A stretch of DNA of 64,000 nucleotides from an uncultured Holophagales bacterium (GTDB lineage Bacteria > Acidobacteriota > Thermoanaerobaculia > Multivoradales > UBA5704), in assembly GCA_963842525.1 (NCBI GenBank), contig CAWJGT010000009.1, forward strand, positions 1,024,001 to 1,088,000, written 5' to 3'. This document shows, in pieces, positions 9,701 through 17,812 of the stretch. Each line of letters begins with the position of its first letter. The first letter of the stretch is position 1. The translations under genes and the position numbers were made by a program. The notes beneath the pieces were generated by a model. The model had not been told where the DNA came from, searched no databases, and saw only the letters and a program-made list of their open reading frames with translations.

Positions 9701-11225
9701 AGTCGGATGGCGTCCAGCCGCCTGCTTCGGAGGACAGGCAGTGCGCGACGAGAGCCTCGAGCTCCTCGGCGAAGCCGTGGGCCAGCGTCTCGACCGTCTC
9801 CCGTTCGTGGAGGTTCTCGCTGTAGGCAAAATGGGCGCTCAGCCGGCCGTCGCGCACCTCGGCAACAACCTCCAGGAGGTGGCGCCGCCGCGCTCGCGGG
9901 CTGCGGGGCGGCCCCGGCGACTCGGCCGCGGGAGCAAGCCGGCCCGTCTCTTCCAGAACCAGGTCGAGGCGGCCCAGGTAGTTGAAGACCACCTCCGACG
10001 GCGGCAGGGCGGCGAGCGGCTCCGCGTCCTCGGGCTCGCCCAGGTAGCGTAGGAGCCCGAAGCCGAGCCCACGCGACGGCACCGCCCGGAGCTGCTCCTT
10101 GACTCTTCGGAGGGCCTGGCGGGGTGGGCCCTCACCCCCGGCCCCTCTCCCATCCGCACTCCCAACCACCGGGAGAGGGGAGCCCCCACCCAGGAGTATC
10201 CGAGGAGGTGCTTCTTCCCCCCTCTCCCGGTGGGTTGGGAGTGCGGATGGGAGAGGGGGGCCAGGGGGGTGAGGGTCCGCAAGATCGAGGACGATCGGAT
10301 AGAGGACCGTAAACCACCCGACAGTGCGCGAGAGGTCCGCCCCCGGAAGGATCAGCTCCTCTTCGCGGCCGTGCCCTTCGAGGTCCAGCCGCAGTCGTGG
10401 TGCGCCGGTCCAGCGCGCCAGGGTCTGGGCCAGGGCGGTCAGCAGCAGGTCTTCGGTCCGCGCGTGGTAAGCCCCGGGGGCCTCCTGGAGGAGCGCGCGG
10501 GTGACCTCGGGGGCAAGGGAGACATCGACCGTCGCCAGGGACGACTCGACGTTCTCGCCGCCCGGCCGGTCGACCGGAATTGGCGGTCCCGGGGGAAGCG
10601 CCAGCCACCAGCCCAGCTCATGGCGGAACCGGGCCGCGCCGGCAGCCTGCGCGATCCGCTCGGCCCACCGTTTCCAGGAGATGGTCTTCGGCGGGAGCTG
10701 GACCGGCTGGCCCGCCGCGGCCTGCTCCCAGGCGGCCTCCAAGTCTTCCAGGAGGATGCGCCACGAGACGCCGTCCACCACCAGGTGATGGATGGCGAGA
10801 AGCAGCCGCGCGCCCGACGGGCCGAGGCCGAAGAGCGCGAACCGCAGGAGAGGGCCGTCCTGGAGGTCGAGGCTCGCCTGGACCTGCGCCGCGGCTGATT
10901 CCAGGGCCGGCCGGCGGAGGGGCTTGGGGAGCGCCGAGAGGTCGACGTGGATGACTGGCGGCTCGGCCGAGGGCTCGCCAAAGGCTGCCCGCATCCCATC
11001 CCCTCCGAACCGGAGACGTAGCGCGTCATGGTGCTCCACCAGCGCGCCGACCGCCCGCCGCAGCGCTGACGCCTCTACATCGCCTCGGATGTCCAGAAGG
11101 ACGGCCTGGTTGAAGTGCCAGGGCTCTTCGGGGCGGCTGTCCAGGAACCAGCGTTGGACCGGGGTGAGCGGCGCGCTGCCGGTGACCCGTCCGGCCTCTT
11201 CCGGCAGGGTGGCCTCCGCACCGAG
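735..11225 (-). CDS. Hybrid NRPS/PKS, 3' part: E-C-T-KS-AT-pseudoKR-ACP-Cy-A(Cys)-T
   Basis: E: HHLVVDGVSW, EGHGRE, RTVGWFT. C: HHLLLDGWS. T: LGGHSLL. KS: TACSTS, GHLDAAAG. AT: GYSLG, HAFHS (malonyl type). ACP: MGGHSLL. Cy: DVLIGDGWS. A-domain code read by eye DLYNLSLIWK (Cys). T: LRGDSIL. The frame stays open upstream of the listed 11039 start to about 11230. Confidence 0.93.
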   Translation of the reverse strand, partial: LGAEATLPEEAGRVTGSAPLTPVQRWFLDSRPEEPWHFNQAVLLDIRGDVEASALRRAVGALVEHHDALRLRFGGDGMRAAFGEPSAEPPVIHVDLSALPKPLRRPALESAAAQVQASLDLQDGPLLRFALFGLGPSGARLLLAIHHLVVDGVSWRILLEDLEAAWEQAAAGQPVQLPPKTISWKRWAERIAQAAGAARFRHELGWWLALPPGPPIPVDRPGGENVESSLATVDVSLAPEVTRALLQEAPGAYHARTEDLLLTALAQTLARWTGAPRLRLDLEGHGREEELILPGADLSRTVGWFTVLYPIVLDLADPHPPGPPLPSALPTHRERGEEAPPRILLGGGSPLPVVGSADGRGAGGEGPPRQALRRVKEQLRAVPSRGLGFGLLRYLGEPEDAEPLAALPPSEVVFNYLGRLDLVLEETGRLAPAAESPGPPRSPRARRRHLLEVVAEVRDGRLSAHFAYSENLHERETVETLAHGFAEELEALVAHCLSSEAGGWTPSDFPLARLDQSGLDRLLDNDRTVEDLYPLAPLQEGLLFHAVYSPAGEIYFEQLSCTLHGDLDADAFRLAWQRLVDRHGILRTAFVWQDLDEPLQVVRRGVEIPWTEEDWRGDADPDGRLEAFAAEDRRRGFDVSRAPLLRGALLRTGEDEHRFVWSFHHLLLDGWSLPRVFAEVFALYEAERRGEAADPLPPPALPYRDFVAWLASRDHEEAERWWRHELADLTASARLPWDRSLPPPERASDFGQEEVILAEDDTTRLETLARGLGLTLNTLVQGAWGFLLARWTGEREVVFGAVVAGRPPELPGVESALGLFVNTLPVRIEVDPNVRIAGWLSDLQSRQAGMRQHEQTPLPEIQRWSGLSAREPLFQTLLAFESYPVASLAAATSEDLEVTGVRIVERTGYPLTLSVLPGAQLRLQLTYDHRFEAVTARRLLGWLDHILAAFAADPERSLGEVDVLSEEERRQVLPAGWTEARDRMRTQAVPAVYETPRTQTERAIAAIWRDVLGVERVGLRDNFFDLGGHSLLLMRVHDRLRRELGSDLSLVDLFRHPDVSSLARRLRGETSERPTPVVTTAPRQASRDIAIIGMAGRFPGAANVDELWQNLRAGVESISFFTAEEMRAAGVPEELFRDPAYVPARGILDGADLFDAGLFDYSPREAELTDPQQRLFLECALEALENAGHDPGREGLRAGVWAGTGLSTYGIGNLFTNPDLPASARGLGLMVGNDKDFLATRAAYKLDLRGPAMTVQTACSTSLVAVHEACRSLLAGECEMALAGGVSVHFPQKAGYLYMETGIESPDGHCRSFDARAQGTVGGDGVGVVVLRPLAAALADGDFIHAVIRGSAINNDGAGKVGYTAPSIEGQARAIAEAQAAAGVDPATIQYVEAHGSATPLGDPIEVAALHQAFGPGAGPGTCALGSVKSNVGHLDAAAGITGLIKTVLALEHREIPPSLHFETPNPQIDFAAGPFRVNAALTSWPRNGSPRRAGVSSFGLGGTNVHVVLEEAPESETTDARPWQLLVLSARTEAALERATDRLARHLETHPDESLGNIGNIAWTLQAGRRGWEHRRALVCRSVRDATQALAERDPRRLLTGARGPEDRPATFVFSGLGDQYPGMGTGLYRDEPVFREELDRCAEILLPHLGRDLREVLLDEGTKTGSGPDLRRMLGRGESTTGELSRTAIAQPAVFALEYALAKLWMSWGVRPQAVLGYSLGEYVAACVSGVLSLDDALLLVAERARWIDELPAGSMLAVALPEAEVEPLLGEALSLAAVNGPALCVVAGPPEAIADLESQLAAHGIACRPVETSHAFHSRMMLPVAPRLTELVRQIERRPPRIPCLSNVTGGWLTAADATDPEYWSRHLCGPVRFAAGLTELWREPDRLLLEVGPGGSLTSLALQHLASLEGLAEGDRAAVRSLPSVHETGDERAFVLESLAKLWIAGVEIDWKGVHAGEQRKRVPLPAYAFERNRYWIERVDRVEPRPWVLTPWPPLPSPPHHPGEGEHRGGEVGEPQRGDGIKPGVSTPGSTPFFSSSPEGATAWDGGWVLFADTLGLATRIAHHLEHQAVLVIPGEAFARTGDRTWTIRPGSREDCAVLLDALGTPPSRILHLWGLATGEHASLFDRLERSEELGFRSVLPVLRELSSRNGSPTRLLVVADGLFAVRDDEETDPGKASLPGLCEAASKEGLLCRAIDLRPPSSDREAWAEAMAGRLLAEALHGEEPAIAWRSEERWMRRPAGRGAAPVVSTSPALEAGATRGPFAGHARPNLRNAYVPPEGDLERSIAGTWQALLGIEAVGRHDSFFEMGGHSLLATSLMSRVRESFGVALPIAALFENPTIAELAALVTRRRSEGDLGVSTGAALPVVVPDPKHRFEPFPLTDIQQAYWLGRSEAFELGGVGSHIYFEFDADGLDLGRLTQALRRAIDRHEMLRAVFLPDGRQRILPEVPPYEIAAVDLAGLDPVKKETALQEIRTGMSHQVLRPDRWPLFDIRAARVDAQRTRLYISLDVLIGDGWSFEILSRELARLYREPDAVLPPLTLSFRDYVLAEAALQETEDWQRSLDYWRQRVQDLPPAPELPLAKAPASLDKPRFRRWSGGLEAASWQRLKERGARAGLTPSGLLLAAFSEVLAAWSKSPRFTITLTLFNRLPVHPQADEILGDFTSLTLLGVDVSGAGGFETRARSVQERLWQDLEHRAVSGVRVLRELARVHGHHVLQPVVFTSTLNVTQGTAPAEDVEAVGPRMEWVYGVSQTPQVWLDHQVAETDGALTFNWDVVVELFPAGLIDAVWDAYGALLHRLVEDEATWTAERLHLLPAEQLAVRAQVNATAAPVSGEHLHILFARQAAAEPGRPAVLAPGRTLTYGELHRLSSRLGRHLRALGAQPNTLVAVVQEKGWEQVVSVLGVLAAGAAYLPLEPGLPRERLHQLLERGEVRIAVTTPAVDAALDWPPEVHRVVLDHEGTGLSADGAPLDPVQQVTDLAYVIFTSGSTGQPKGVMIDHRGAVNTVLDVNRAYGIGPDDRVLALSSLSFDLSVYDIFGTLAAGGAVVIPRADAQRDPAHWAERIWSERVTVWNSVPALLQMLIDFLETSSAEGSLESPLRLALLSGDWIPLDLPGRVRALSPQTRVVSLGGATEASIWSIWYPIGEVDPAWKSIPYGRPMANQTFHVLDSRFEPRPDGVPGQLWIGGIGLAQGYWRDPDKTAASFVSHPETGERLYRTGDLGRYFPDGTIEFQGREDFQVKVQGYRIELGEIEAALAEHPSVHAAVVVALGERLGSKHLVAYVVPDQDPENLRAFLRERLPDYMVPPLFVPLAALPLGPNGKVDRRALPAPEEALALCSREHRPPQTGTEQAIARIWSEVLGVPVEQIGLDDNFYELRGDSILATKIMVRVHDVLGVRLSLPTFFEAVTVQALAEAADRARTEDESETEELARLAAQLREASPEEVERMLAEELREASPEEVERMLAELRETSPEEVERMLAELRGS
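742..890 (-). repeat. Three 42-45 bp tandem repeats encoding LREASPEEVERMLAE(E) at the NRPS C-terminus
   Basis: cccgcagctccgccagcatcctttcaacctcctcgggcgagg occurs three times. Confidence 0.9.
5081..5248. repeat. Composite REP-like palindromic insertion, in frame in the post-AT linker
   Basis: Direct repeat atgccgtcgcccctt (5081, 5149) around the hairpin cctggggttgaaaccccagg (5125-5144), followed by one CCCCTCTCCC..GGGAGAGGGGGCCAGGGGGTGAGG arm. Confidence 0.75.
10129..10275. repeat. 147-bp inverted-doublet palindromic element, in frame in the E domain
   Basis: ccctcacccccggcccctctcccatccgcactcccaaccaccgggagagggg followed by its near-perfect reverse complement; encodes PHPPGPPLPSALP...GRGAGGEG. 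Confidence 0.88.
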
Positions 11226-14200
11226 CTTCCCGGGCTACGGCGGCCAGCTCCGCCACGGTCTGCCGTTCGAAGACCTGCCGCGGGGTGACGGCGAGCCCCT
11301 CGCGGCGGGCGCGGGCAACCATCTGGATGCTCAGGATCGAATCGCCGCCGAGCCGGAAGAAGTTGTCACGGACCCCGACGCGGGGCACCCCCAGGACCTC
11401 GGCCCAGACTGCCGCCAAAGCCTCCTCCCTGGGTGTGCGCGGCGCCGCGTGTCCTTCGCCCCTCTCGACACCGGCGCGGGCATCCGGCGCCGGCAGGGCG
11501 CGCCGGTCGATCTTGCCGCTCGGCGTGAGCGGCAGGGCCGACAGGATCACCCAGAGTGCGGGCACCATGTACGCCGGCAGGCGCTCCGCCAGCCAGGAAC
11601 GCAGGTCCGCGATCGGGTGCTCGATCTCTGTCTCCAGCACCACATAGGCCGCGAGCCGGTCGTCGCGCGGCACCACGGCCGCCTCGCGCACGTGCGGATG
11701 GCCGGCCAGGACCGCCTCGATCTCCCCCGGCTCGATGCGAAACCCTCTTACCTTGACCTGGCGATCGATCCGTCCCAGCAGGTCGATCTCGCCCCAGGGC
11801 CGCCAGCGGACGAGGTCGCCGGTCCTGTAGAGACGGCCGCCCGGGATCTCTGCGAATGGATCAGGTGAGAACCGCTCTGCCGTCAGGTCCGGACGCCCGA
11901 GATACCCGCGGGCAAGCCCGTCGCCGGCCAGGCACAGCTCGCCGCGAGCGCCCAGCGGCACCGGCCGCAGCTCGCGGTCCAGCAGCCAGGCGCGGGTCCC
12001 TGCGACCGGCCGGCCGATCGAGGGCTCGCCGGCCGCGCCGGGAAGGAGCCGGCTGGCGGTGGAGTAGACCGTGTCCTCGGTCGGCCCGTAGAGGTTCCAG
12101 ACCCGCTCGACCGTCGGGATCTTGTGGAGGGCTTCAGCCAGCCGGAGCGGGAACGGCTCGCCGGCCAGATTGACCGTCCGCACCGACGGCGGGAGGCCCT
12201 CGATCCGCAGCAGCTCGGCCATGGCCGAGGGCACCGTGTTGACCAGCTCCACCTCGCCGGCTGCAGGGATCTCGGGAAAGACCAGGGCGTTCTCGGCCAG
12301 GATGACCGTCCCGCCGCACGCCAGGGGCGCGAAGATCTCGAACACCGAGATGTCGAAGCTGATCGAGGTGGACGCCAGGACGCCGCGGGCGAGCTCGCCG
12401 GCGAATTGTTCGATGGCCCAGCCGATGAGTGCCGCGGCGCTGCGGTGGGTCACCCCCACGGCCTTGGGAAGGCCGGTGGAGCCCGAGGTGTAGATGAGGT
12501 AGGCGAGGTGGTCGGGAGAAGGCGGGACCTCACCCCCTGGCCCCCTCTCCCATCTCCCACCCACCCATCCCCGGGAGAGGGGGGACGTTGTTGACGCCTC
12601 CGTGGCGAGCTCGCCGAACGGCTCCGGATGCGTTCCCCCTCTCCCGGCGGGGGGTGGAAGGAAGATGGGAGAGGGGGCCAGGGGGTGAGGTCCCGGCATC
12701 AACCGCCCCTCCAGCTCCGCCGTCGTCACCACCGCCGCGACCCCCGAGTCCTCCACGAGGAACGCGAGACGCTCGCGCGGATGCGACGGATCGAGGGGCA
12801 CGTAGGCGGCTCCCGCCTCCAGGATGCCCAGCAGCGAAGCGATCATCGAACCCGAGCGCGGCAGGCAGACGCCCACGCGGGCCTCGGGCCCGATCCCCAT
12901 CCGCCGCAGCCGGCTCGCCAGCTCGGCCGCCCTGTCGGCCAGCTCCCGGTAGGTCCAGCGTTCCGCGCCGTCCACCACGGCCACCGCCTGGGGTGTCCTC
13001 TTCGCCTGCTCCAGGAACCCGCTGTGGAGGAGCTCCAGGCGGCGCGAGGCCGGGCGGCCGGTGTCGTTCCATTCCACCCGGGCCAGATGGCGCGCCGCGG
13101 CGCTCTCGACCGGCAGGGCGGACAGCCGCGCATCCGGGTCGGCCAGGGCGGCGCCGGTCAGGGCTTCGAAGCCTTCAGCCAGGCGGGCGATGGTCGTGGC
13201 GTTGAACAGGTCGGTGCTGTATTCGAGGTACCCGCTGAAGCCGTCCTCCATGTCCCAGAGTGCCAGGGTCAGCTCGAACGCCGAAGCCTCCGGGTCCGGC
13301 GGCTCGAGCGGCGTCACCCGCAGGCCGGAAAGGTCCAGCGATCCTGACGAGCCCTCGCCCTCCAGCACCACGAGGTCCACCTGGGCGATGGGCGGCCGGC
13401 TCGTGTCCCGTTCCGGGCGTAGCGCCTCGACCAGCTTGCCGAACGGCAGGTCCTGGTGGGAGTAGGCGGCGACCGCCACCTGCCGCACCCGCCCCAGCAG
13501 CTCCCGGAACGTGGGGTCCCCTCCCAGATCGGTGGCGAAGACGAGCTGCGTCAGGAAGAACCCCAGCAGCTCCTCCAGCTCCCGCCGGCTGCGGTTCAGG
13601 TTGGGCGAGGCCACCACCACCGTCTCCTGGCCGGCGTGGCGGGACAGCAGCGTCTGGAAGAGCGCCAGCAGGACCATGAACGGCGTGGCCCGTTCCCGTT
13701 GGGCCAGCCCCTTGAGCGCCTCGGAGCTGGCGCGGGAGAGCCGCAGCGGGAGCCGCCGCCCGCGGGTGGTGGCATAGGCGGGCCGCGGCCGGTCCGTCGG
13801 CAGGTCCAGGGCCAGCGGCGCGTCCGCGAGCTGCTCGCGCCAGAACTCCACATGCTCCGCCAGGGTCTCGCCGTCGAGCTGCTCGCGCTGCCAGATGGCG
13901 AAGTCCGCATACTGCACCGCCAGCTCGGGCAGCGGTGAAGGCCGGCCGGTTGATCCCGTCGAAATCGTGAAGGCTCGGTAGAGCGCGGTCAGCTCACTCC
14001 AGAAGATATGGAGGGAGTAGGCGTCCGCCACGATGTGGTGGACTGTCAGCAGGCAGTCGTGGACGCCGGAAGACAGGCGCACCAGCCAGGCGCGCAGCAG
14101 CGGCCCGCGGGCGAGGTTGAACGGCAGGCGGACCGACGCGCGGGCCAGCCGGCGGGCCTCGGTCTCGCGGAGCGCCTCGCGCAGGCCGCTGAGGTCGATC

Positions 14201-14568
14201 ACCGGCAGCGGTGCGGGAATCGGCGGAGCGATGACCTGGACCGGCCGCCCCTCGAACGCGGGGAAGGTGGTGCGCCACGCCTCGTGCCGGCGGACGACTT
14301 CCGTGAGGCTGCCGGCCAGGGCGGGGACGTCCAGCGGTCCGGTCATCCGGGCCGCGGTACCGAGGTTGTAGGAGACGTCCGTGGGATCGAGCTGGAAGAG
14401 GAACCAGAGCCGCTCCTGGTCGATGGCCAGAGGCCAAGCGTCACCCGCCGGCCGGCGGGGGATCGACGCCGACGCCGGACGTTTCTGGGCGGCCTGCTTC
14501 TTCTGCAGCACCTCCAGCAGGGCCCGGTGCGTCGGGTTGAGGGCAGATATTCGTTCGGAAAGGCTCAC
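11226..14568 (-). CDS. NRPS, 5' part of the same gene: docking helix-C-A(Ala-like)-T; frameshifted relative to the E domain
   Basis: HHIVAD, YTSGSTG, YGPTE, YRTGD, GKIDR, and LGGDSI (T type that precedes E domains). Code read by eye DIFNNALVYK resembles the Ala code DLFNNALTYK. The ORF track runs it on to 11026 in the wrong frame. Confidence 0.88.
12524..12694. repeat. 171-bp inverted-doublet palindromic element, in frame in the first A domain
   Basis: gggacctcaccccctggccccctctcccatct ... agatgggagagggggccagggggtgaggtccc, just before DHLAYLIYTSGSTG. Confidence 0.88.
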
Positions 14569-14676
14569 GACGTCTCCCAGGGACCTCGGGGGGCCGAGGG
14601 ACGCGCCATCCTACCACCGGGTAGTTTCGTGTAGCATCTTGACCCCGCAGGGTCTGTTGACGGAGTGAGGATGGCC

Positions 14677-17091
14677 ATGGGAAATCTGACGAAGGATCTG
14701 CGCTACTCCTTGAGGACGTGGCGCAAGAGCCCCGGTTTTACGTTGGTGGTGCTGCTCACCGTGACGCTGTCGGTGGGCATGACCACCGCCATCTTCAGCG
14801 TGGTCAACGGCGTCCTCCTGAAGCCCTTGCCCTATCCGGAGCCCGACCGGGTGATCTTCTTCTGGAACAGCAACCTCGAGCTGGGGCTGCCCTTCTTCGG
14901 CATCACGACCTACGACTTCGCCGAATGGAAGGCCCAGTCCCGCTCCTTCCAGTACATGACGGCACGGCAGCCCGCGAGCTTCAACCTGACCGGCGATGGC
15001 ATCGAGCCCGAGCGCCTCTCGACCGAGAAGGTCAGCGAGGACTACTTCTCGGTCCTGGGCCTGCGGCCCCTGCGCGGACGCCTGCTCCTGCCCGCCGAGC
15101 AGGCGGGAGGCGGCGCCAAGGTGGTCGTCCTCAACCGCACCCTCTGGGAACGCCGCTTCAGCGCCGATCCCGACCTGCCCGGCAAGTCGATCCTCCTCAA
15201 TGGCGAGCCCTACACCGTGGTCGGCATCGTGGACGATCCGTACCGGGGCGCGGTGACCGAGATCTGGACCCCCCTCGGCTTGAACCTCGCCAACGAGACG
15301 CGGGGCATCCACACCATCGCCGTCCTCGGCCGTCTCCGCAAGGGGGGCTCTGTGGAACAGGCGCAGGCCGAGATGGATACCATCAACGAGCGCCTGGCGC
15401 AGCAATACCCCGACACCAACAAGGGCTGGCAGGTGGGTATCGGGAGGATGCACGACCTGATCGTCCAGGACGTCCGGCCGCGCCTCTACATCCTGCTTGG
15501 GGCCGTGCTCTGCGTCCTGTTGATCGCCTGCGCCAACCTGATGAACCTGTTCCTGGCGCGGATCTCGTCGCGCGAGCGGGAGATCGCCATCCGCGCCGCC
15601 CTCGGCGCCGGTCGCGGCCGGGTGGTGCGCCAGCTCCTGACCGAGACCCTGCTGCTCGCCGTGGTCGGCGGCGGCCTGGGCGTGCTCCTGGCAGGCTGGG
15701 GGACCAAAGCCCTCCTGGCCCTCAATACCAAGGCCGTGCCCCGCCCCGGCGAGATCACCGTCGACGGCCGCGTGCTCCTCTTCGCCCTCGGGGCCTCGGT
15801 CCTCACCGGCCTGATCGTCGGTCTGTGGCCCGCGCTGCGCGCCTCGCGGTCCGACCTGCACGAGCCCCTCAAGGAAGGGGGCCGGGGCCAGGCCGGCGGC
15901 CTGCGCGGCCGCCTCGTCCGCAACGGCCTGGTCCTCCTGGAAGTGGCCGTCGCCCTGGTGCTGCTCGTCGGCGCCGGGCTGCTGATCAAGAGCTTCGGCC
16001 GCCTGCAGGACATCGAGCTGGGCTTCAATCCCGACGGCGCCCTGACCGCCCGCCTCGTCCTGCCGGAGGCCAAGTATGCGGACGAGGCGCGACAGATCGC
16101 CCTCTACGACGAGATCCTGCAGCGCGTCCAGAACCTGCCCGGCGTGGCGGCGGCTGGATTCTTCGCCCGCATGCCTCTCGCCGACAACATGATCTTCAAA
16201 GGCGGCGCCTATCCGGTGGGGCAGCCCCCCGCCGATCCCAACGACCTGCCCATCGTCAACACCCGCATGGTCAGCCCCGGCACCTTCCGCGCCATGGGCA
16301 TGAAGGTCGTGGACGGCCGGCCGCTCCAGCCGCAGGACGGCCCGCGCTCGACCAAGGTGGTGGTGATCAACGAGACCCTGGCGCGGCGCCTGTGGCCCGG
16401 CCAGAGGGCGGTCGGCCAGCAGGCGGTCGTCGACATCGCCGGCAAGGAGCTGCAGGAGATGACCGTCGTCGGGGTGGTGGCCGACATCAAAAGCTCGACC
16501 ATCACCGCCGAGACCGACTCCGAGGTCTTTCTGCCCCACACCCAGCAGCCCGTGACCGACGCGACCCTGATCGTCCGCACCACCGCCTCCGACCCCGCCT
16601 CGATCGCGACCGCGGTGCGCTCCGTGGTCGCGTCGGTGGACCACGAGCTGCCCATCTCCGACGTCCAGACCCTGGACCGGATCGTGGCCACGGCGCTCTC
16701 GCCGGCGCGTTTCGGGATGATCCTGCTGAGCCTGTTCGCGGGCCTGGCGCTGGTGCTCGCCTCGGTCGGAGTCTACGGCGTCATGAGCTATTCAGTGACC
16801 CAGCGCACCCAGGAGATCGGCATCCGCATGGCCATGGGAGCGGACCGCCGGGACGTGCTGCGCATGATCCTGCAGCAGAGCCTGATCATCGCCCTGGTCG
16901 GAGTGTTCCTCGGCCTCGCCGGAGCCCTGGGCCTGACCCAATTCCTCGCCGGCCAGCTCTTCGGAGTGAGCGCCCGCGACCCCCTGGTCTTCGTCGCCGT
17001 CGCCAGCCTCCTCACCAGCGTAGCCCTGATCGCCAGCTACCTCCCCGCCCGCCGTGCCACAGGGGTCGATCCGCTGCTGGCGATGCGGTGA
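14677..17091 (+). CDS. ADOP-type duplicated ABC permease (MacB_PCD/FtsX x2)
   Basis: DLRYSLRTWRKSPGFT, LLIACANLMNL, REIAIRAALGAGRGR, EIGIRMAMGA, YLPARRATGVDP; no ATPase gene next to it. Confidence 0.9.
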   Translation: MGNLTKDLRYSLRTWRKSPGFTLVVLLTVTLSVGMTTAIFSVVNGVLLKPLPYPEPDRVIFFWNSNLELGLPFFGITTYDFAEWKAQSRSFQYMTARQPASFNLTGDGIEPERLSTEKVSEDYFSVLGLRPLRGRLLLPAEQAGGGAKVVVLNRTLWERRFSADPDLPGKSILLNGEPYTVVGIVDDPYRGAVTEIWTPLGLNLANETRGIHTIAVLGRLRKGGSVEQAQAEMDTINERLAQQYPDTNKGWQVGIGRMHDLIVQDVRPRLYILLGAVLCVLLIACANLMNLFLARISSREREIAIRAALGAGRGRVVRQLLTETLLLAVVGGGLGVLLAGWGTKALLALNTKAVPRPGEITVDGRVLLFALGASVLTGLIVGLWPALRASRSDLHEPLKEGGRGQAGGLRGRLVRNGLVLLEVAVALVLLVGAGLLIKSFGRLQDIELGFNPDGALTARLVLPEAKYADEARQIALYDEILQRVQNLPGVAAAGFFARMPLADNMIFKGGAYPVGQPPADPNDLPIVNTRMVSPGTFRAMGMKVVDGRPLQPQDGPRSTKVVVINETLARRLWPGQRAVGQQAVVDIAGKELQEMTVVGVVADIKSSTITAETDSEVFLPHTQQPVTDATLIVRTTASDPASIATAVRSVVASVDHELPISDVQTLDRIVATALSPARFGMILLSLFAGLALVLASVGVYGVMSYSVTQRTQEIGIRMAMGADRRDVLRMILQQSLIIALVGVFLGLAGALGLTQFLAGQLFGVSARDPLVFVAVASLLTSVALIASYLPARRATGVDPLLAMR

Positions 17092-17236
17092 CGTCGCGCA
17101 GTCTGGGAATCAGGCCTGGCCGCCGCTACAGCTTGGTCCTGCTCGACGTAGCGAGTGGCGAGATATCGCCACCTCTTGCAAGACAGCGTGTGAGTCGTTA
17201 CCATTCAACGCGACGCAGGTGGTGACTAGAGGAGAC

Positions 17237-17437
17237 GTGGTGCCTCTCAAGGTACGAGACCTGGTGGCCGAGCTTGAACGGGCGGGTTTCGTCAACCGCG
17301 GCGGGAAGGGAAGCCATAGGAACTATGTTCATCCCAAGGTTGGGAAACCGATTACCATAGCAGGTGCTCTCGGCGACGACGCGAAGCGGTATCAGGTTCG
17401 CGCTGTCCAGTCTGCGATTAAGGAGTCGAAGTCATGA
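17237..17437 (+). CDS. hicA: HicA family toxin
   Basis: GFVNRGGKGSHRNYVHP (GSH motif); RBS ggag; overlaps the next ATG. Confidence 0.8.
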   Translation: MVPLKVRDLVAELERAGFVNRGGKGSHRNYVHPKVGKPITIAGALGDDAKRYQVRAVQSAIKESKS

Positions 17438-17673
17438 GAGAAAGCGCCAGGTACGCGAAGATCGTGGAGTGGTCGGAAGAGGACCAGTGCTTCGTCGGTA
17501 GCTCTCCTGGCCTGATCTTTGGGGGGTGCCACGGCTTGGACGAAAAAGAGGTCTTCGCCCAGTTGTGCGACATCGTGGAGGAAGCGATCGAGCTCTACAA
17601 ACAGGACGGCAAGCCGCTGCCTCCTCCTACCGCCGGGCGGGACTTCGCCAACAAGATGCAGAACGTCGCATAG
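17434..17673 (+). CDS. hicB: HicB-like antitoxin
   Basis: IVEWSEEDQCFVG..PGL..GCHG...EEAIELY..DGKPLPPP. Confidence 0.75.
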   Translation: MRESARYAKIVEWSEEDQCFVGSSPGLIFGGCHGLDEKEVFAQLCDIVEEAIELYKQDGKPLPPPTAGRDFANKMQNVA

Positions 17674-17812
17674 GCCGCGTCGTCATAGTCCTGGTGGCTC
17701 CGCCAGTGGCGTAGGCCAAAAACTTCCGCCTTTGGTGCACGCATATACAAGCCGCAACTGGCCGAAGGCTTTGGCCCACAGGCTTTACGCCAGAAAACCT
17801 ATTACTTATCAG

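Noticed and set aside
5163-10052. 1629-aa plus-strand ORF and other long antisense ORFs (e.g. 14611-16644, 29849-31924, 38633-40642, 62084-63601)
   Set aside because: Shadow frames of high-GC genes on the opposite strand, with no recognisable motifs.
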